From positions 1 through 59,833 of the forward strand of contig JAZNUL010000129.1 in the NCBI GenBank assembly GCA_045592285.1: DNA of 59,833 bases, given 5' to 3'. Shown here one piece after another: positions 35,987-45,748 of the stretch. The translations under genes and the position numbers were made by a program. Source of the stretch: Acutalibacteraceae bacterium (GTDB lineage Bacteria; Bacillota; Clostridia; Oscillospirales; Acutalibacteraceae). How positions within the stretch are numbered: position 1 is the first letter of the stretch; each line of letters opens with the position of its first letter. The notes under the pieces are model-generated. The model had not been told where the DNA came from. It worked only from the letters and a program-made list of their open reading frames with translations, and searched no databases.

Positions 35987-36841
35987 CTACTTTTCAAGTA
36001 TTTCTGAAAGAGTTGCAAAGTCTTCCATTGTCATTTTTTCTGCTCTTACAGTAGCTGAAAGACCAGCCTTTTCTAAAGCATCTTTTACTTCTGCTTTAGG
36101 AATAGAAAGCCCTGCACTGATTGAGTTTTCAGCGGTTTTTCTTCTTTGAGAAAAAGCTGCTTTTACTACTTTAAAGAAAAATTCTTCGTTTTTGACTTCA
36201 ACAGGTGGTTTATCTCTTAAAGTTAATTTAATAACACTACTGTCAACTTTTGGTGGTGGTAAAAACGAATCCTTTGGAACAAAAAAGAGAATTTCACTTT
36301 CTGCGTAATAATTCACCGCAATAGTAACCGCTCCGCCATCACGAGAGCCAACTTCTGCACAAAGCCTGTCTGCCGCTTCTTTCTGAACCATAACAGTAAT
36401 TGAAGTAATAGGCAATTTGCTTTCTAAAAACATCATTATAATAGGGGAAGTGATGTAGTATGGGAGATTTGCACAAACGGCTATCTTCATACCCTTGCAC
36501 TTTTCTTCAATTATCGCTTTTAAATCAGCCTTCATAATATCCTGATTTATAATCTCAATGTTGTCGAATTCTTTTAAGGTTTCATCTAATACAGGTAAAA
36601 GTCTTTCATCTAATTCAAAGCTTAAAACCTTGCCAGCCACTTTTGCAAGCTCTGCGGTAAGAACACCAACTCCGGGACCAACTTCAATTACACACGTGTT
36701 TTCATCTAAGTCTGCATTTTCAGCCATATTAGGACAAATATCGGGGTCAACAAGAAAGTTTTGCCCTAAGCCTTTATTGAATGTTACACCGTGCTTTGCC
36801 ATTACAGAACGAATAACATTTATATCTGAAAGATTTTTCAT
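35987..36841 (-). CDS. rsmA: 16S rRNA (adenine1518/1519-N6)-dimethyltransferase
   Basis: 284 aa with LGQNFL, EVGPGVG and NLPYYI motifs. Confidence 0.9.
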   Translation of the reverse strand: MKNLSDINVIRSVMAKHGVTFNKGLGQNFLVDPDICPNMAENADLDENTCVIEVGPGVGVLTAELAKVAGKVLSFELDERLLPVLDETLKEFDNIEIINQDIMKADLKAIIEEKCKGMKIAVCANLPYYITSPIIMMFLESKLPITSITVMVQKEAADRLCAEVGSRDGGAVTIAVNYYAESEILFFVPKDSFLPPPKVDSSVIKLTLRDKPPVEVKNEEFFFKVVKAAFSQRRKTAENSISAGLSIPKAEVKDALEKAGLSATVRAEKMTMEDFATLSEILEK

Positions 36842-36944
36842 AAATTACCTCAATACTATTGTCTTTTTTCTTGAAATATAATAAGATAAGTATATATTTT
36901 TAAATATATAATGTCAATACATTCACTCTTAAGGAGAAAAAATT

Positions 36945-39131
36945 ATGGACAACATTTTTAACGCTCAATTTATAAGACAAAATGAAGATTTAGGCACAGT
37001 TTGTCCTGTGTTCAGAAAAATTTTCTGGGCAGATAAGGCTATTAGAAAAGCTACACTTTCCATTAGTGCTTTAGGCTTTTATGAAGTACATATCAACAAT
37101 AATAGAGTTGGTAAATTCATTTTTGCACCAGGCTGGACAAGTTACGAAACCCGTTTACAATATCAGACTTACAATGTTACAAAATATCTTGAAGAATGTA
37201 ACACAATAGATATTGCGGTAGGTGTCGGCAGACGTTTTCATAACAGAAAAAATGAAGAACTACCATTTTTAAAGGCAACTGAAATTGCGGTTATTGCCGC
37301 TTTAACTGTTGAGTATGAAGATGATACAGTTGAAGTAATCACAACAGACAAAACCTGGGAATGTATGAAGAGTAACATTCTTTATTCAGATATTTATAAT
37401 GGTGAAAAAGTAGATTTTACAGTAGAATGTGAAGATAAATTTACTGTAAAAGAAGTTCCTGTTGATAAAAAAATTCTCATTGAAACTGAGGGTGAAGAAA
37501 CTCGTGAAATGGCACGACTCGATGCAGTAGAGCTCATCACTACACCAAAGGGCGAAAAAGTAATTGACTTCAAGCAGGAAATTACTGGTTATGTAGAATG
37601 GGTTGTTCCTGCAAGAAAAGGCGCTACCTTTATGTTACAACACGCAGAGTTTTTAGATAAGGATGGTAACTTCTATACAGAAAATTTAAGAAGTGCGAAG
37701 TGTGAAATTGAAGTAACATCAAATGGGGTAGAGCAGGTTTACAAACCACATTTCTCATTCCAGGGCTTCAGATATATTAAACTTATCGGTTTTAATGATG
37801 ATGAAATAAAATTGGAGAATTTTACTGCGATTGTAGTATTCTCAGATATGAAACGCACAGGTTTCTTTGCCTGTGGTCACGAAGATTTACAACAACTATA
37901 TGAAAATATTGTATGGGGTCAGAGAGGTAACTTCCTTGATGTTCCTACTGACTGCCCACAGCGTGATGAAAGATTGGGCTGGACCGGTGATGCTCAGGTT
38001 TTCGCAAGAACTGCATCTATAAACTACGATACTCAAAAATTCTTCAGAAAATGGCTTCACGATTTGGCAGCGGACCAGATAGAAAATGGTTCTGTAAGTC
38101 ACGTTGTTCCTGCAGTATGGGAGGGTGACGGCTCTGCTGCGTGGGGTGATGCCGCTATTATTGTTCCTTACCAGATGTATTTAGCTTATAACGATACAAA
38201 AATTATTGAAGAACAATGGGATTCAATGACTAACTGGCTTAAGTTTATCGAAACACAAGGCTCGGAAAAAGGTCTCTGGGACAAAGGCGGTCACTTTGGT
38301 GACTGGCTTTCGCTTGATGCAGGCGATGAAGCAACAGGTGGTTTTACAGATGACGATTTAATTGCAACTGCCATGTATGCTTATACAACAAGTCTTTTAA
38401 TTAAAATGGGTAAGGCAATAGGTAAGGATGTATCTTATTATGAAGAAATGTACCCTGTAATTGTAGAACAATACAGAAAGCATTATCTTAATACAGGTAA
38501 AGTAGAACACGAAACACAGACTGCAAATGTTTTAGCGCTTTACTTTAATCTTACAGATAACAGAGAAAGAGAAGCAGAAAAATTAGTTAAAGATATTGAA
38601 GAATGTGGTCACTTAAAGACAGGCTTTGTTGGCACACCTTATCTTCTTCACGTTTTACAGGATATCGGAAGAACAGATTTAGCATATAAGCTTTTACTTA
38701 AAGATACATTCCCGTCTTGGCTTTACTCAGTTAAAATGGGTGCTACTACAATGTGGGAGCGCTGGGATGGTATGAAGCCTGACAGAAGCTTTGCAACCCC
38801 TGAAATGAATTCATTTAACCACTATGCATACGGTGCAGTTGGTGACTGGATGTTCAGCACAGTTGCAGGTATTCGCCCAGACGAAAACGAACCTGGCTAC
38901 AAGCACATTATTTTCGAGCCAAGACCAAATAAAGAATTAGGCTACGCTAAAGCAAGAATTTTAACAAAGAACGGTGAAATTATTTCTTCATGGGAATATA
39001 AAGGTGAGGGTAATCTCTGCGAATTCTCTTTCACAATTCCGGACGGAAGCCACGCTACACTCTATCTTGATGATGAAGAATATGAGTTCGTAAGTGGTAC
39101 TTATACAACAGAATTTGAATATAATAAATAA
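36945..39131 (+). CDS. Alpha-L-rhamnosidase, GH78
   Basis: 728 aa with the hallmark DVPTDCPQRDERLGWTGDAQVF and WERWDG motifs. No signal peptide. Confidence 0.85.
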   Translation: MDNIFNAQFIRQNEDLGTVCPVFRKIFWADKAIRKATLSISALGFYEVHINNNRVGKFIFAPGWTSYETRLQYQTYNVTKYLEECNTIDIAVGVGRRFHNRKNEELPFLKATEIAVIAALTVEYEDDTVEVITTDKTWECMKSNILYSDIYNGEKVDFTVECEDKFTVKEVPVDKKILIETEGEETREMARLDAVELITTPKGEKVIDFKQEITGYVEWVVPARKGATFMLQHAEFLDKDGNFYTENLRSAKCEIEVTSNGVEQVYKPHFSFQGFRYIKLIGFNDDEIKLENFTAIVVFSDMKRTGFFACGHEDLQQLYENIVWGQRGNFLDVPTDCPQRDERLGWTGDAQVFARTASINYDTQKFFRKWLHDLAADQIENGSVSHVVPAVWEGDGSAAWGDAAIIVPYQMYLAYNDTKIIEEQWDSMTNWLKFIETQGSEKGLWDKGGHFGDWLSLDAGDEATGGFTDDDLIATAMYAYTTSLLIKMGKAIGKDVSYYEEMYPVIVEQYRKHYLNTGKVEHETQTANVLALYFNLTDNREREAEKLVKDIEECGHLKTGFVGTPYLLHVLQDIGRTDLAYKLLLKDTFPSWLYSVKMGATTMWERWDGMKPDRSFATPEMNSFNHYAYGAVGDWMFSTVAGIRPDENEPGYKHIIFEPRPNKELGYAKARILTKNGEIISSWEYKGEGNLCEFSFTIPDGSHATLYLDDEEYEFVSGTYTTEFEYNK

Positions 39132-39136
39132 AAAAG

Positions 39137-39167
39137 TCACCCTGATTGAATAAATCAGGGTGATTTT
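39137..39167 (+). terminator. Intrinsic terminator after the GH78 gene
   Basis: Stem TCACCCTGATT/AATCAGGGTGA followed by TTTT. Confidence 0.7.
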
Positions 39168-39274
39168 GCATAAAAACAATTGCAAATTCCAAATTTTTGT
39201 GATAAAATAACTTTGTATAGGTATATCTTAAGGTGACGATAATCATCGCTGCCTCAAACAAAGGAGATAGTTAA

Positions 39275-41059
39275 ATGAAAAAAACTAAAAAAGTATTAGC
39301 TTTAATAATGGCAATAGTAATGCTTTCAACAACATTTGCTGTTGCTGCAAGTGCAGTTGACAACAGCAAAGTTGTTCCAAGTATTATTGTTCCAGGTCTT
39401 TTCCAGAGCGAAACTAAATATTATGAAGATGGAAAAGCAACAGATTTAGAAGCACCATTTTTTATGGGTGACACAATGGAAATTGTAGGTGTTGCACTTA
39501 CAGATGCCCTTGTTCCTATAAGTAAGCTTCTTATTTCTCAGGAGGATAAGGACCAAAAGGCAGCAAAAGCACTTTCAGGCATTTTAGGTGATGCTCTTAT
39601 GGGCAGATTAAAATGCGATGAAAATGGTCAATTTATAAACGACGTTCGCGCTACTAAATATTACGATTCATTCAAGGATTTAAGTAAGCACGATAAAGAA
39701 TACATATTAGACCAGCTTCCTCTTAATAAATATATTGATATGGCTGGCGAAGAAAATCTTTATGTTTTCTCATACGCTTCTTTAGGCAATATGAAGGATA
39801 CTGCTGAGGAGCTTTATGATTTCATTCAGTTTGTAAAAAAAGATTCTGGCTCAGACAAGGTTAACTTAGCACCTATAAGCCAGGGCGGTTCTGTAACAAA
39901 TGCTGTTATGCAACTCTATAAAGACAACGGTAGAAATATCGCAGACGATGTAAACAGAATTGTTTATGTTATTCCAGCACTTGATGGTTCACTTTTAGTT
40001 GGTGAAATTTATCAGTATGGTCTCCTTGATGATAACGTTGAGCTTTACAGCGAAATGATGCCAGCACTTATGGGTGCAGATGAAATGGCAGGTTACCTTG
40101 TTAACATTGTTCTTCGTATCTTCCCTAATGCAGACCTTAACACAATTCTTGATATAGTAGCATACGACTTGGTTAACGATTATATGCGTTATTCAACTCT
40201 TATGTGGGGATTAGTTCCATCAGGTAACTATGAGCCTTGCAGAGAGATGTACTTAATGGATGATTCAACTAAGATTATCCGTGAGCAGACAGATTGGTTC
40301 TATAAAGCACAGAAAAATTCTGATGCTAACATTTTAGAGGCTAAGGCTCAGGGCGTTGAAATCTTTGACATAGTTGACTATAACGTTCCGCTTTATGAAA
40401 TCGTTGATTCCTGGGATGATGTGAATGCCGATGGTATTATTCAGCTCGATTCTACATCAATGGGTGCTTACAGTGTTGGTGTTGGTAAAGAGCTTCCAAA
40501 GGATTACGTTCGTACAGTTAATAACTGCACAAATCCTAACCACGACCACTCTGATCCAAGAAATATAGTTGATGCTAACACAGGTCTCCTTCCTTGCACA
40601 ACATTCTATTTCTACAATCAGAACCACGAGAGCACAGGCTCTAACGATGTTATTATGAAACTCGTTTCTGAGCTTCTTGTAGATGAAAACTTTAAAGATG
40701 TTTACACTTATGCTGACAGATTCCCTCAGTTTAATGTCGGTCGTAAATCAAAGGCCTTTATGAAAGACCTTGAAGAAACTAAAAATGCAGATATGAGCAA
40801 TTTATCACCTGCTGACAGAGCAAAGCTTGAAAATGCAATTGCTCGTGGCGAAGCAGCACTTGATAATACAAATGTTGATTTAGATGAATTTGAGGCTGCA
40901 AAAGAGTATTTTTATGATGTTCGTAACGAAGTTCTTTATGGCGAAGAAAAAGAGTATTCAGGCGGTCTTGAATTTAATGACTATCTTACAACAGTATTTA
41001 AAATTATAAGTGATTTGCTCTATTTCTTCTTTGATGGTGCTGGATTTGGCGAAATGTAA
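39275..41059 (+). CDS. Secreted alpha/beta-hydrolase, lipase/esterase-like
   Basis: 594 aa. Signal peptide (AVAASA). VVPSIIVPGL and a PISQGGS nucleophile-elbow-like motif (compare GHSQGG of lipases). The family call is tentative. Confidence 0.45.
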   Translation: MKKTKKVLALIMAIVMLSTTFAVAASAVDNSKVVPSIIVPGLFQSETKYYEDGKATDLEAPFFMGDTMEIVGVALTDALVPISKLLISQEDKDQKAAKALSGILGDALMGRLKCDENGQFINDVRATKYYDSFKDLSKHDKEYILDQLPLNKYIDMAGEENLYVFSYASLGNMKDTAEELYDFIQFVKKDSGSDKVNLAPISQGGSVTNAVMQLYKDNGRNIADDVNRIVYVIPALDGSLLVGEIYQYGLLDDNVELYSEMMPALMGADEMAGYLVNIVLRIFPNADLNTILDIVAYDLVNDYMRYSTLMWGLVPSGNYEPCREMYLMDDSTKIIREQTDWFYKAQKNSDANILEAKAQGVEIFDIVDYNVPLYEIVDSWDDVNADGIIQLDSTSMGAYSVGVGKELPKDYVRTVNNCTNPNHDHSDPRNIVDANTGLLPCTTFYFYNQNHESTGSNDVIMKLVSELLVDENFKDVYTYADRFPQFNVGRKSKAFMKDLEETKNADMSNLSPADRAKLENAIARGEAALDNTNVDLDEFEAAKEYFYDVRNEVLYGEEKEYSGGLEFNDYLTTVFKIISDLLYFFFDGAGFGEM

Positions 41060-41123
41060 TTTTTTAGAGTGAGCGTGTTCGAACCAGATATGCACTCTAT
41101 GCAAAAATGTTTGAAAGGTCTGA

Positions 41124-41558
41124 TTGTTTATGATGGTATCCGCTAAAGGCAGATATGCATTAAGAATTTTTATAGATTTAGCTCAGAATCAGGGCGATGG
41201 TTTTGTGGCTCTTTCAGAGGTTTCAAAGCGTCAGGACGTTTCTCTTAAATACCTTGAAACAATCGTTGCAACACTTGTAAAGGGCAATCTTTTAAGAAGT
41301 CAGCGTGGTATGTCCGGTGGCTACAGACTTGCAAGAGATGCTAAGGATATTTCAATTTATGAAATATTTAATCTTACAGAAGGTAGCCTTTCGCCTGTTG
41401 CGTGTATTAACTGTGGCGATAATTTCTGCAACAGGGCAGACGTTTGCAAAACAAAAGGTATGTGGATAAGCGTAGATAATCTTATAAATAATTACTTTAA
41501 AAAAGTTTCTGTTCAGGATTTGCTTGATGGTAATGTCACCTTAATTGAGGCAGAATGA
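41124..41558 (+). CDS. Rrf2-family transcriptional regulator with a Cys cluster
   Basis: SAKGRYALRIFIDLA wHTH N-terminus. Cys residues in CINCGDNFCNRADVC. The start is ambiguous (TTG 41124, ATG 41130 or 41133). Confidence 0.85.
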   Translation: MFMMVSAKGRYALRIFIDLAQNQGDGFVALSEVSKRQDVSLKYLETIVATLVKGNLLRSQRGMSGGYRLARDAKDISIYEIFNLTEGSLSPVACINCGDNFCNRADVCKTKGMWISVDNLINNYFKKVSVQDLLDGNVTLIEAE

Positions 41559-41576
41559 AATTGTAATAAAAATAAT

Positions 41577-41616
41577 GACTCGGTTTAATCAGATGATTAA
41601 ACCGAGTCGTTTTTTA
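41577..41616. terminator. Bidirectional intrinsic terminator between Rrf2 and the convergent transporter
   Basis: Perfect 14-bp stem GACTCGGTTTAATC/GATTAAACCGAGTC followed by a T-run. Confidence 0.75.
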
Positions 41617-41619
41617 ATT

Positions 41620-44040
41620 TTAAGCTTCTACTCTTTGTTTTGCTTCATCGTACATATTGAAAATTTCTTCGAGATGGCTGTAATTTTCTTGTTGTTTTAT
41701 GAGCTTTTCTGCATCTAAATAAACCTTTGCAGCACGATTGAAGTAAGCGTGTTTGTCTGTTTCTGCTTTTGTTGCTTTTTTGCAGGCTCTCTTTTTACCT
41801 TGCATTGTTTTGATTTCTGCTTTTAAACTATTAGCTTTAGCAGAATCTTTGGATTTTTTAGCCTGCTGTAAATCGAGGTAGAGAGCTTTGAGTGTGTCGT
41901 CACATTTATCCTCTGTATCAAAGCAATTTTCAAGTGCTTCAAAATCAGGTGCAACAATATCGCCAGTACCAGCAAAATGTTTGCTTATTGCTTTATAAGA
42001 AGCCATTTTCTTCTTTGCGATTTCTATAGCAAGCTTTCTTGTTTCTTTTTCCTCTTCGGAAGTTTTTGGTAAGGCTTTTGCAATAGCAATTTCTGATTTA
42101 ATAGTTGCTTTATCAAGGCTTAAAAGACTGTTAAGACCTGCAGAATAAACCTTTGTATTTTCTGCTAAGGCTAATTTATAAGCTGGTGTTGAGAATTTAT
42201 TTAATTCATCACATACAAATTGAGCAATTTCAATTTCGTCGTTGTATTTAATAGCTTCTTTATATGCTTTTTTGCCTTCTTTACCCTTGTAATCTTTTTT
42301 CTTGATTGCTTTTGGTGAAAGAGTTGCTGTTTCTTGTGAGTTGCGGATAATGTCAATGCCTTCAACGAGCTTTTCGTCGTTAAGAATACCATTGCCATAA
42401 TCTTCAAACATAGCTCTTATTTTAAGAACACGAATAACTGATTCTTGTTTCTTTTCGTTGAAGTCATACCAGATGTAAGGAATAACATTCATTAAAGCAC
42501 CAACAGCCGCAATAACAATAAGAACTTTAATAAGAGATAAAAGAATATCAGGGTCATAAAGAGCAGAAAGTGCATTGTTGTAGTTATCTTGACCATTTTC
42601 TAATTGTTGTGCAAGGATTTGACCTACAGTTGTTTTGCCGTCACCTAAAACTCGTGAAAGAATTTCTGGGTCAGAAGTGACTTTTGCAGCATTTCCTTTT
42701 GTAAGACCACTTTTTTCATAAATAGCTGGTAAAACTGAAGATGTGATAAGTGCAATAACAGTACCGATAGTTGTAACTACTGCGAAAGCACCGTCAATTC
42801 TTTCACCTGTTTTGTATTGCTGATAGTCACGTATATCTGCCTGAATAGCAGGGTTCAAAATATGAGCAAATGAACCCATAAAAGCATTGAGATAAAGACA
42901 GCCCATAATAAGCCAGATAGTTAAATTATGGATTTCGTTTGTGAAAGGTAACATCATTAAAATAAAGACGATATTGAATATATTAGTAACTACTAAAACA
43001 CTCTTTTTACCCCATTTTCTAATACAGAATGGGGCTAAGAGCATACCCCAGAGTGAAGCGTTGCCATAAAGAGTAACAAGTAAGCTGTAGGCATTACCAG
43101 AACAGGCACCACCGTAATTATAAAGCCAGAACATAATGTTGGAGTAAGCACTTTCAAGGAAGCCAATCCAACCGGCAAGTGAAATAATCCAGAAATATTT
43201 GTTTTTAGCAACTGCTTTAATAGCATCTATAAACTTAATCTGAACAATGTGAGTTCTTGCTTGAACAATTTTTTCTTCTGTATGCTTGTAAACAATCATA
43301 CAAAGAAGTAAACCGCCTACGGTAAGAATTGGATATATAAATCTATAAACACGAATATCAGTTGTGTTTGAATGGAACAAGTTTTCTGCAATAATAGGAG
43401 TGAAAAGGTTTACTATTGTTGGAGCGAATGAGTAAACAATACTCTTTATTGAAGCAACGTCGCTTCGTTCGTGCGAGTTTGGTGAGAGTACGTGAATAAG
43501 GTTTTCGTAAGCATCGTAGAAGAAATAATAGAAGAAATGAAGGAAGAGGTTTAGCACCATAATAATTGCACATTTTGCAACATAAGCTTTGGTTTCGCCA
43601 AAAATCATTCCGTCGCCTAACCAGTCTGAGAGCTTAGCATAAGGGAACCAGACTAAAATATTACAAATAATTGCGGCAGGAAGTGCCATTGTAACTATGT
43701 ATGGGCGGTATTTACCAGCTTTATTACGGGTGTTATCTATAATATTTGCACGAATACCTGTTAAAGGAATGTTTGCAAGTACTGCAATAACATACATTAC
43801 GTACATATCCAAAGGGTCAATACCCAGGGTGCTTGAAAGTAATGTGTTATTCGCGGCTAAAAGACAAGCAGAGCCCATAGTTATAATCATATAGGCACCA
43901 ATACCACCGCCGGAATAAGCGGCAATTTCTTTGTAAGGCATATATCTGCCTTTAGCTGGGGTTTTCCAATGTTCTTTAACGTTAGAAATAAGCCCGGTAG
44001 CTTTTTCTTTGAGATTCATTTTCTCAACTCCTGTATTCAA
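41620..44040 (-). CDS. GPH/MFS-type transporter fused to a roughly 270-aa Lys/Glu-rich helical C-terminal tail
   Basis: 806 aa. The first 530 or so aa are polytopic, with the GPH-like loop DNTRNKAGKYRPY. The last 270 or so aa (41623-42438) are hydrophilic, K/E/A-rich and look coiled-coil-like. Confidence 0.7.
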   Translation of the reverse strand: MNTGVEKMNLKEKATGLISNVKEHWKTPAKGRYMPYKEIAAYSGGGIGAYMIITMGSACLLAANNTLLSSTLGIDPLDMYVMYVIAVLANIPLTGIRANIIDNTRNKAGKYRPYIVTMALPAAIICNILVWFPYAKLSDWLGDGMIFGETKAYVAKCAIIMVLNLFLHFFYYFFYDAYENLIHVLSPNSHERSDVASIKSIVYSFAPTIVNLFTPIIAENLFHSNTTDIRVYRFIYPILTVGGLLLCMIVYKHTEEKIVQARTHIVQIKFIDAIKAVAKNKYFWIISLAGWIGFLESAYSNIMFWLYNYGGACSGNAYSLLVTLYGNASLWGMLLAPFCIRKWGKKSVLVVTNIFNIVFILMMLPFTNEIHNLTIWLIMGCLYLNAFMGSFAHILNPAIQADIRDYQQYKTGERIDGAFAVVTTIGTVIALITSSVLPAIYEKSGLTKGNAAKVTSDPEILSRVLGDGKTTVGQILAQQLENGQDNYNNALSALYDPDILLSLIKVLIVIAAVGALMNVIPYIWYDFNEKKQESVIRVLKIRAMFEDYGNGILNDEKLVEGIDIIRNSQETATLSPKAIKKKDYKGKEGKKAYKEAIKYNDEIEIAQFVCDELNKFSTPAYKLALAENTKVYSAGLNSLLSLDKATIKSEIAIAKALPKTSEEEKETRKLAIEIAKKKMASYKAISKHFAGTGDIVAPDFEALENCFDTEDKCDDTLKALYLDLQQAKKSKDSAKANSLKAEIKTMQGKKRACKKATKAETDKHAYFNRAAKVYLDAEKLIKQQENYSHLEEIFNMYDEAKQRVEA

Positions 44041-44264
44041 ATTACAATACTATAATTATATCATAAATGAGAGAGGTTTTACAATGTAAAAAGGGGCGTT
44101 ATGATATACAAAAAAGTAAATAAATAGTTGGCACAGTTGCACAAACAACCCATAAAACGCCAAATTAATAAATATTATATTAATTTTCTCATTTACTATG
44201 GAAAAAAGGAAAACAATGTGATACAATAACAAACTGATAATACTTTTTGAAAGGTGGTGGCAAA

Positions 44265-45737
44265 ATGGTTGAATTAACAGAAGAGGAAGAAATACTGGTC
44301 GATACCCTGAAAAATCGTTCTTTTGAAGCAGAGCGAATGAGAAATTATGCAAAGCAACAGCAGGCTGTTTCTACACCAAGACAGACTGCTTCACAACGAC
44401 CTGCTTCACCACAAAGACCATCTGTGCCATCGAGGACACCACCTGTAAGAAATGGTGCTTCTATAGAAAGGCAAAATGCGGCACAGCAAAGAGCGCAACA
44501 AAGACCAGTGACGCCACAAAGACCAGCGGCACAACAAAGACCAGTGGCACCGCAATATAACAGACCGGTAAGAGAAGAAAGAAAGCCGGCACCACCACAA
44601 TACAGACCAATTGAAAAGGTTGAAATAAGGCGTGAACGACCAGAAAAGGTTCAAAAAGAGAAACGCAAAAAGGATAAAAGTGGTGTTATTATAAAGGTGC
44701 TCACAGCACTTGTTATTATGGTAACAGTTTTCATTTCAATGTATGCACTCGTTATTTTTGGTAACGTACCATTTATTACAAAATGGCGTAATATATGGAT
44801 TGAAACCGCAATGACAACTGACCAGCACAAATGGCTTGCAACGTCATTTTTCCCTGAGTATCTTATAAAAGAAGTAATGGATGCACAGGTGGATATAAAA
44901 GATATAGGTCATACGGACATTAAAAAAGAAGAAGAGGAAAAAGATATTTTAGGTCAGAAAGACCTTGTTGTAGGTGAAAAAGATAAGCACGGCAACGAAG
45001 TTCTTATAAATGATATAGAAGAAGGCATAGTTGTTTTAAAGGTTGTAACTTCAAATTATGTGGGTCGCCTCGTTTTAATAGATGACCCGTCAAGAGTGTA
45101 TATTTCTACAACCGATTATAAAAACTCTCGTGGCGAGTTTATTTGTGATTACCTTGAAAAAGAAGATGCGGTTATTGCATCTAATGCTTCAGGCTTCCAC
45201 GACCCGGGAGGAACGAGTGTCGGCGGTGTTGTTACTGCTCAATGTGTAGCTCAGGGTGAATACTGGGGCAACTATTCTTCTAAATATATTACAGTAGGTT
45301 TCGATGAAAATGACAGACTTATTGTTGGTGAATTTTCAGATTGGGAAGAACGTGGTCTTAGAGATGCTTTCCAATATCATCCGGCTTTAATTATAAATGG
45401 CGATAAGGTTATTGAAGGTTCGTCGGGCTGGGGACTTCAACCACGTACTGTAATCGGTCAGGCTGAAAACGGCGTGGTAATGATTTTCGTTGTCGATGGC
45501 AGACAGGTTGGCTATTCTTTAGGTGCTACTATGGGTGACTGTGCAGACGTTTTAGAAATGTATGGCGCAGTTAACGCTGGTGCTTGTGATGGCGGCTCAT
45601 CTTCTACTTTGGCTTATGAAGGTGAGATTATAAATGAACCATCAACAAATATGCCAACAGGCAGATATTTGCCTAATGCCTGGGTTGTTGCAAGAAAAAC
45701 AACTGAAAAAACTGAATCAACAGATAAGGCAGATTAA
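44265..45737 (+). CDS. Membrane-anchored phosphodiester glycosidase family protein (DUF2233/NAGPA-like) with a Pro/Gln/Arg-rich N-terminal region
   Basis: C-terminal PRTVIGQ...VVDGRQVGYSLGATMGDCADVLEMYGAVNAGACDGGSSS matches the family pattern. One TM helix (VLTALVIMVTVFISMYALVIFG). ATG 44265 follows AAAGGTGGTGG. Confidence 0.7.
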   Translation: MVELTEEEEILVDTLKNRSFEAERMRNYAKQQQAVSTPRQTASQRPASPQRPSVPSRTPPVRNGASIERQNAAQQRAQQRPVTPQRPAAQQRPVAPQYNRPVREERKPAPPQYRPIEKVEIRRERPEKVQKEKRKKDKSGVIIKVLTALVIMVTVFISMYALVIFGNVPFITKWRNIWIETAMTTDQHKWLATSFFPEYLIKEVMDAQVDIKDIGHTDIKKEEEEKDILGQKDLVVGEKDKHGNEVLINDIEEGIVVLKVVTSNYVGRLVLIDDPSRVYISTTDYKNSRGEFICDYLEKEDAVIASNASGFHDPGGTSVGGVVTAQCVAQGEYWGNYSSKYITVGFDENDRLIVGEFSDWEERGLRDAFQYHPALIINGDKVIEGSSGWGLQPRTVIGQAENGVVMIFVVDGRQVGYSLGATMGDCADVLEMYGAVNAGACDGGSSSTLAYEGEIINEPSTNMPTGRYLPNAWVVARKTTEKTESTDKAD

Positions 45738-45748
45738 AAGGGGGGCTT

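Noticed and set aside
38988-39261. Two short minus-strand ORFs (65 and 68 aa) at the GH78 3' end and downstream intergenic region
   Set aside because: They overlap the GH78 C-terminus and its terminator hairpin. Their composition is typical of AT-rich non-coding sequence. The region is better explained as terminator plus the promoter of the lipase-like gene.
41064-41099. Possible extra BlaI-type operator, because TTAGAGT and ACTCTA half-sites recur here
   Set aside because: The half-site orientation and spacing (N23, outward-facing) differ from the ACTCTAA-N4-TTAGAGT dyads at the blaI promoter. In addition, 7-mers like TTAGAGT occur several times by chance in this window, for example near 241, 19605 and 33515.
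44056-44352. 98-aa minus-strand ORF in the divergent promoter region between the tailed transporter and the phosphodiester glycosidase
   Set aside because: It lies in an AT-rich divergent promoter region and overlaps the start of the plus-strand gene. The translation is Phe/Ile/Leu-rich without convincing TM periodicity or an SD.
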